Of a stretch of 64,000 nt of DNA, positions 61,138 to 64,000 are shown one piece after another. Source of the stretch: Candidatus Levybacteria bacterium RIFCSPHIGHO2_01_FULL_41_15 (lineage in GTDB: Bacteria > Patescibacteriota > Microgenomatia > Levybacterales > UBA12049); contig MFNV01000002.1 in assembly GCA_001782165.1 (NCBI GenBank), positions 15,747-79,746 on the forward strand. Direction: 5' to 3'. Numbering within the stretch: the stretch's first letter is position 1; each line of letters starts with the position of its first letter. Under the pieces are notes generated by a model that saw only the letters and a list, made by a program, of their open reading frames with translations, was not told where the DNA came from and made no database searches. The position numbers and the translations under genes were made by a program.

Positions 61138-61208
61138 CTGCCGGGCTTGGATTCGAACCAAGATAAACGGATCCAAAGTCCGTTGTCCTACCATTAGACG
61201 ACCCGGCA
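61138..61208 (-). tRNA. tRNA-Gln(TTG)
   Basis: TGCCGGG/CCCGGCA acceptor; ACGGA-CTTTGGA-TCCGT anticodon arm. Confidence 0.96.
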
Positions 61209-61310
61209 ATACGCCTACATGATATCAGAAGACTAATTTAAGTTCAATAAAAACAATCTCCCACTCTTAAAATAGAGGGAAGGTTTACTGGTTATTATTT
61301 ATTGAAAAAT

Positions 61311-61643
61311 TTAATATTTTGGGCGGTTGGTTCTTCGATCCCTGCCGTTATCTCGTCCTCCGCCTCCAAAGCCTCTTTGATTGTTGTCTCTTGGCTGGAA
61401 TGGTCTTGCCTCGCTTACTGCGATCTGCCTTCCGTCAAGAGTCTGTCCGTTTAGTTCCTGCTTTGCTTTATCTGCCTCTTCATCTGATGACATCTCGACG
61501 AAACCAAATCCTTTGGACCGTCCAGAATATTTATCCATGATGACATTTGCAGAAACTACCGTACCTGCTTTTGAGAAAAGCTCGGAAAGACTTGCGTCGT
61601 TGGTATCCCACGAAAGATTCCCAACAAATAGTTTTTTAGCCAT
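61311..61643 (-). CDS. RRM RNA-binding protein
   Basis: LFVGNL (RNP2), KGFGFVEM (RNP1), Gly/Arg tail. Confidence 0.95.
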   Translation of the reverse strand: MAKKLFVGNLSWDTNDASLSELFSKAGTVVSANVIMDKYSGRSKGFGFVEMSSDEEADKAKQELNGQTLDGRQIAVSEARPFQPRDNNQRGFGGGGRDNGRDRRTNRPKY

Positions 61644-61794
61644 GTATGTTTGTCACCTCCATTCTTTTAACTTTAACTTTCTCTGACAAACTTGACTGAC
61701 GAAACTATTTGTTGGTTTAGTCAGCAATCAGTTATCAAAAGAAGTCTATGCTAAAACAATTATACTTTATTTTTTGAAAATAGTCTATTGTCTG

Positions 61795-62718
61795 TCATGA
61801 AATGGGTTCTTTGCCAATTTCTGTTCTTGATTTTTGGAAAAAGTATCCGACCGAAGCAAAAGTCACAATTGGGGAAACATATGGAGGAACCTCAAATCCA
61901 AAGGCATCCAGGAGCATTGCTATTCCAAGGAAAAGTATCGAGTACATTGCACCGTTTTTGAGATACTTATATTTTTTAATCCTTTCGATATTTGAAACCG
62001 TGAGTTTTCGAAGAACAAGGGCTCCCAGCCCGTTTCCAAGAAGAATTAATGGAACAGAGAATGTGAAAGCAAATGCTCCTATTACCCCGTCTATCGAAAA
62101 AGTTGAGTCCAAAACTTCAAGATATGCAATTTTACTTACATCAGACATGCTGCCTTTCATAAGTCTTTTTTCTTGCTGTTCTGCAAAGCCTCTAAATCCA
62201 TGAATAATAAAAAAAGCAGTAGATCCCACAACAGCTGCAAAAGCAAGCATTGGATTTTTCAAAAGCGCAAACCATACGATTACCATAAGAAGAATAGATA
62301 CAATAGCAAAAAACCAGGCTCCTTGTCTTTGAAAGAATCCTTCTCCCCGGAGTCCAAAATGCTTGGGTTCCAAAAACAGCCAATTGAAAAAAAGAAAGAT
62401 AAGAAATACTCCCCCTGACAGAAGAAGAAGCGGTGAAGACTGTTCTATTGCGTGAATCGCTCTCGGATCTTTGGAGAATGAGGCAAAAATAACTCCCAAA
62501 GGTCCAAGGCTTGGGTTTGAAAGCCAAATGATAAGAAATGGCAAAAGACCCCGGACGATAAAAACTGCAAAAAGAATGCCCCATAAAAGAAACCATCCCT
62601 GAGCTTTTTTGCTCATTCCCGACAGAACCTCGGCATTTATAATTGCATTATCGACACTTGTGATTACTTCAAAAAGAGATAATCCCAAAACTATAAAGAT
62701 CAAAAATAAAATCTCCAT
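61795..62718 (-). CDS. DUF475 / TerC-family membrane protein
   Basis: SVDNAIINA, YLEVLDSTFSIDGVIGAFA, YLKNGAMY. Confidence 0.88.
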   Translation of the reverse strand: MEILFLIFIVLGLSLFEVITSVDNAIINAEVLSGMSKKAQGWFLLWGILFAVFIVRGLLPFLIIWLSNPSLGPLGVIFASFSKDPRAIHAIEQSSPLLLLSGGVFLIFLFFNWLFLEPKHFGLRGEGFFQRQGAWFFAIVSILLMVIVWFALLKNPMLAFAAVVGSTAFFIIHGFRGFAEQQEKRLMKGSMSDVSKIAYLEVLDSTFSIDGVIGAFAFTFSVPLILLGNGLGALVLRKLTVSNIERIKKYKYLKNGAMYSILFLGIAMLLDAFGFEVPPYVSPIVTFASVGYFFQKSRTEIGKEPIS

Positions 62719-62821
62719 GCCTTTTATTATATAAAATTGACCAGTCTAATTAAATTGCCAGTTTAAAAAATCTTAATAAGTTCGCTTTTATTCACTGTAT
62801 TTGTTTGGTACAATTCTTAGA

Positions 62822-63778
62822 ATGCGAAGGGTCCGCCTTTTTCTTTTTGGCATTTTCATTATAAGTTTATTACTGGTAGGATTCATAAGGTATGGAAGTG
62901 GTCAAAATTATAAACTCCAGTCCCCTCTTCCTGACTTTCTTACAGCAGCTGTAAATGAACAAGTTTCAACTATTGACCTTTGGCAACCTCTTTTTGATTT
63001 TATAGCGGGGAATTCCAACGAAATCCCTGAAGTAACAGCAAAATCTGTTCTTGTTTATGATTTGACAGAAAATAAAATAACTTATGAAAAAAATAGCACA
63101 CAGAGACTGCCGATTGCCTCCCTCACCAAAGTTATGACGGCAATTGTCGCATTGGAAAATCCAAAAGATAATGACAGATATAAAGTTTTAAAAGAAAATC
63201 TTGTAGGAGAAAACAGCATGGGGCTTTCGGAAGGAGAAGTTTTAAGTCTTGAGGAACTTGCCTACGGACTCATACTCTCTTCCGGTAATGATTCATCAGA
63301 GGTTTTAGCAAGCAACCACACTTATAGTCGGGAGAATTTTATTAAGGCAATGAATGATAAAGCAAAGGCTCTGGGGCTTTCAGACACGAACTTTACAAAC
63401 CCTTCCGGGCTTGAGGGAGATGGCAATCAATATTCAACAGCAAAGGATCTTTTGGTTATAACGCGCTTTGCTCTTTCAAGCCTTCCAGTTTTTCGCAAAG
63501 TAGTGTCTACTGTTTCGTATCGTATTCCTCAAACCTCCAGCCATAAGGAGTTCTATTTAGAAAATGAGACAAACCTTCTCACAAGTTACCCTGGCGTCAA
63601 GGGAGTCAAAACGGGCTATACAGATGAAGCTGGACTTTGCTTGATTACTTATTTGGATTACAAGGGGCATAAAATTATAGGAATTATTCTTGGAAGCGAT
63701 AACAGGAGGCAGGAAATGAAAGATTTGCTCGATTATTCCCTGAAGTCTTTGGGAGCTGAGCCGCCCGAGCACAGTTGA
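62822..63778 (+). CDS. D-alanyl-D-alanine carboxypeptidase (S11)
   Basis: ASLTK, SGND, NPSGL, KTGYT. Confidence 0.93.
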   Translation: MRRVRLFLFGIFIISLLLVGFIRYGSGQNYKLQSPLPDFLTAAVNEQVSTIDLWQPLFDFIAGNSNEIPEVTAKSVLVYDLTENKITYEKNSTQRLPIASLTKVMTAIVALENPKDNDRYKVLKENLVGENSMGLSEGEVLSLEELAYGLILSSGNDSSEVLASNHTYSRENFIKAMNDKAKALGLSDTNFTNPSGLEGDGNQYSTAKDLLVITRFALSSLPVFRKVVSTVSYRIPQTSSHKEFYLENETNLLTSYPGVKGVKTGYTDEAGLCLITYLDYKGHKIIGIILGSDNRRQEMKDLLDYSLKSLGAEPPEHS

Positions 63779-63834
63779 ATATAACCTGAAGTTAAAGTAA
63801 AATAGAAGACAGGCTCGCCGAGTTTGGCAGGCAA

Positions 63835-63917
63835 GCCGCGGTGGTGGAATGGTAGACATGAGGGCCTTAAGAGCCCTTGTCGGAAACGGCGTGAGAGTTC
63901 GACTCTCTCCCGCGGCA
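63835..63917 (+). tRNA. tRNA-Leu(TAA)
   Basis: GCCGCGG/CCGCGGC acceptor; AGGGC-CTTAAGA-GCCCT anticodon arm. Confidence 0.95.
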
Positions 63918-63948
63918 CCCTTTCGCTTTGCTCAGGGTAAACTATCTG

Positions 63949-64000
63949 ATGGCATACTTTGTTTATATAGTAAAGTGCAGAGATAGTGTGCTGTATACAG
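63949..64000 (+). CDS. GIY-YIG nuclease, 5' end only (cut by window edge)
   Basis: MAYFVYIVKCRDSVLYT(G) matches the GIY-YIG N-terminal motif. Confidence 0.75.
   Translation, partial: MAYFVYIVKCRDSVLYT

Overview
Chromosomal segment of a reduced-genome bacterium. The gene set (short ThrS, PheT and trigger factor, type IV pilus cluster without PilQ, DUF5660/5665-like genes) points by inference to Patescibacteria/CPR, Microgenomates-like. The backbone is housekeeping: efp, gyrAB, folD, ppa, holB, recG, rnc, nusB, tyrS, thrS-infC-rpmI-rplT-pheST, peptidoglycan genes, a ~12.5 kb type IV pilus locus, a Xer recombinase and a dif-like site near a + to - switch in gene orientation. Ten intact tRNAs are present, including all five Leu isoacceptors. 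The most striking signal is nested ('matryoshka') tRNA genes. Intact tRNA-Leu(TAG) and tRNA-Leu(CAG) each sit inside a decayed tRNA-Leu with a matching anticodon, bracketed by CCTGCC...GGCAGG inverted repeats inserted at the D-loop motif GGCAGAC. A small GIY-YIG gene overlaps an intact tRNA-Val(TAC) directly behind broken tRNA-Val 5' halves. The window also holds several families of tiny palindromic or heptamer-array elements. They occur between genes and in frame inside about ten proteins, alongside three candidate mobiliser genes (GIY-YIG, four-helix bundle, RAYT). An unannotated pheM-like Phe-rich leader peptide with an attenuator precedes pheST. All calls come from reading the sequence by eye; no searches were run.
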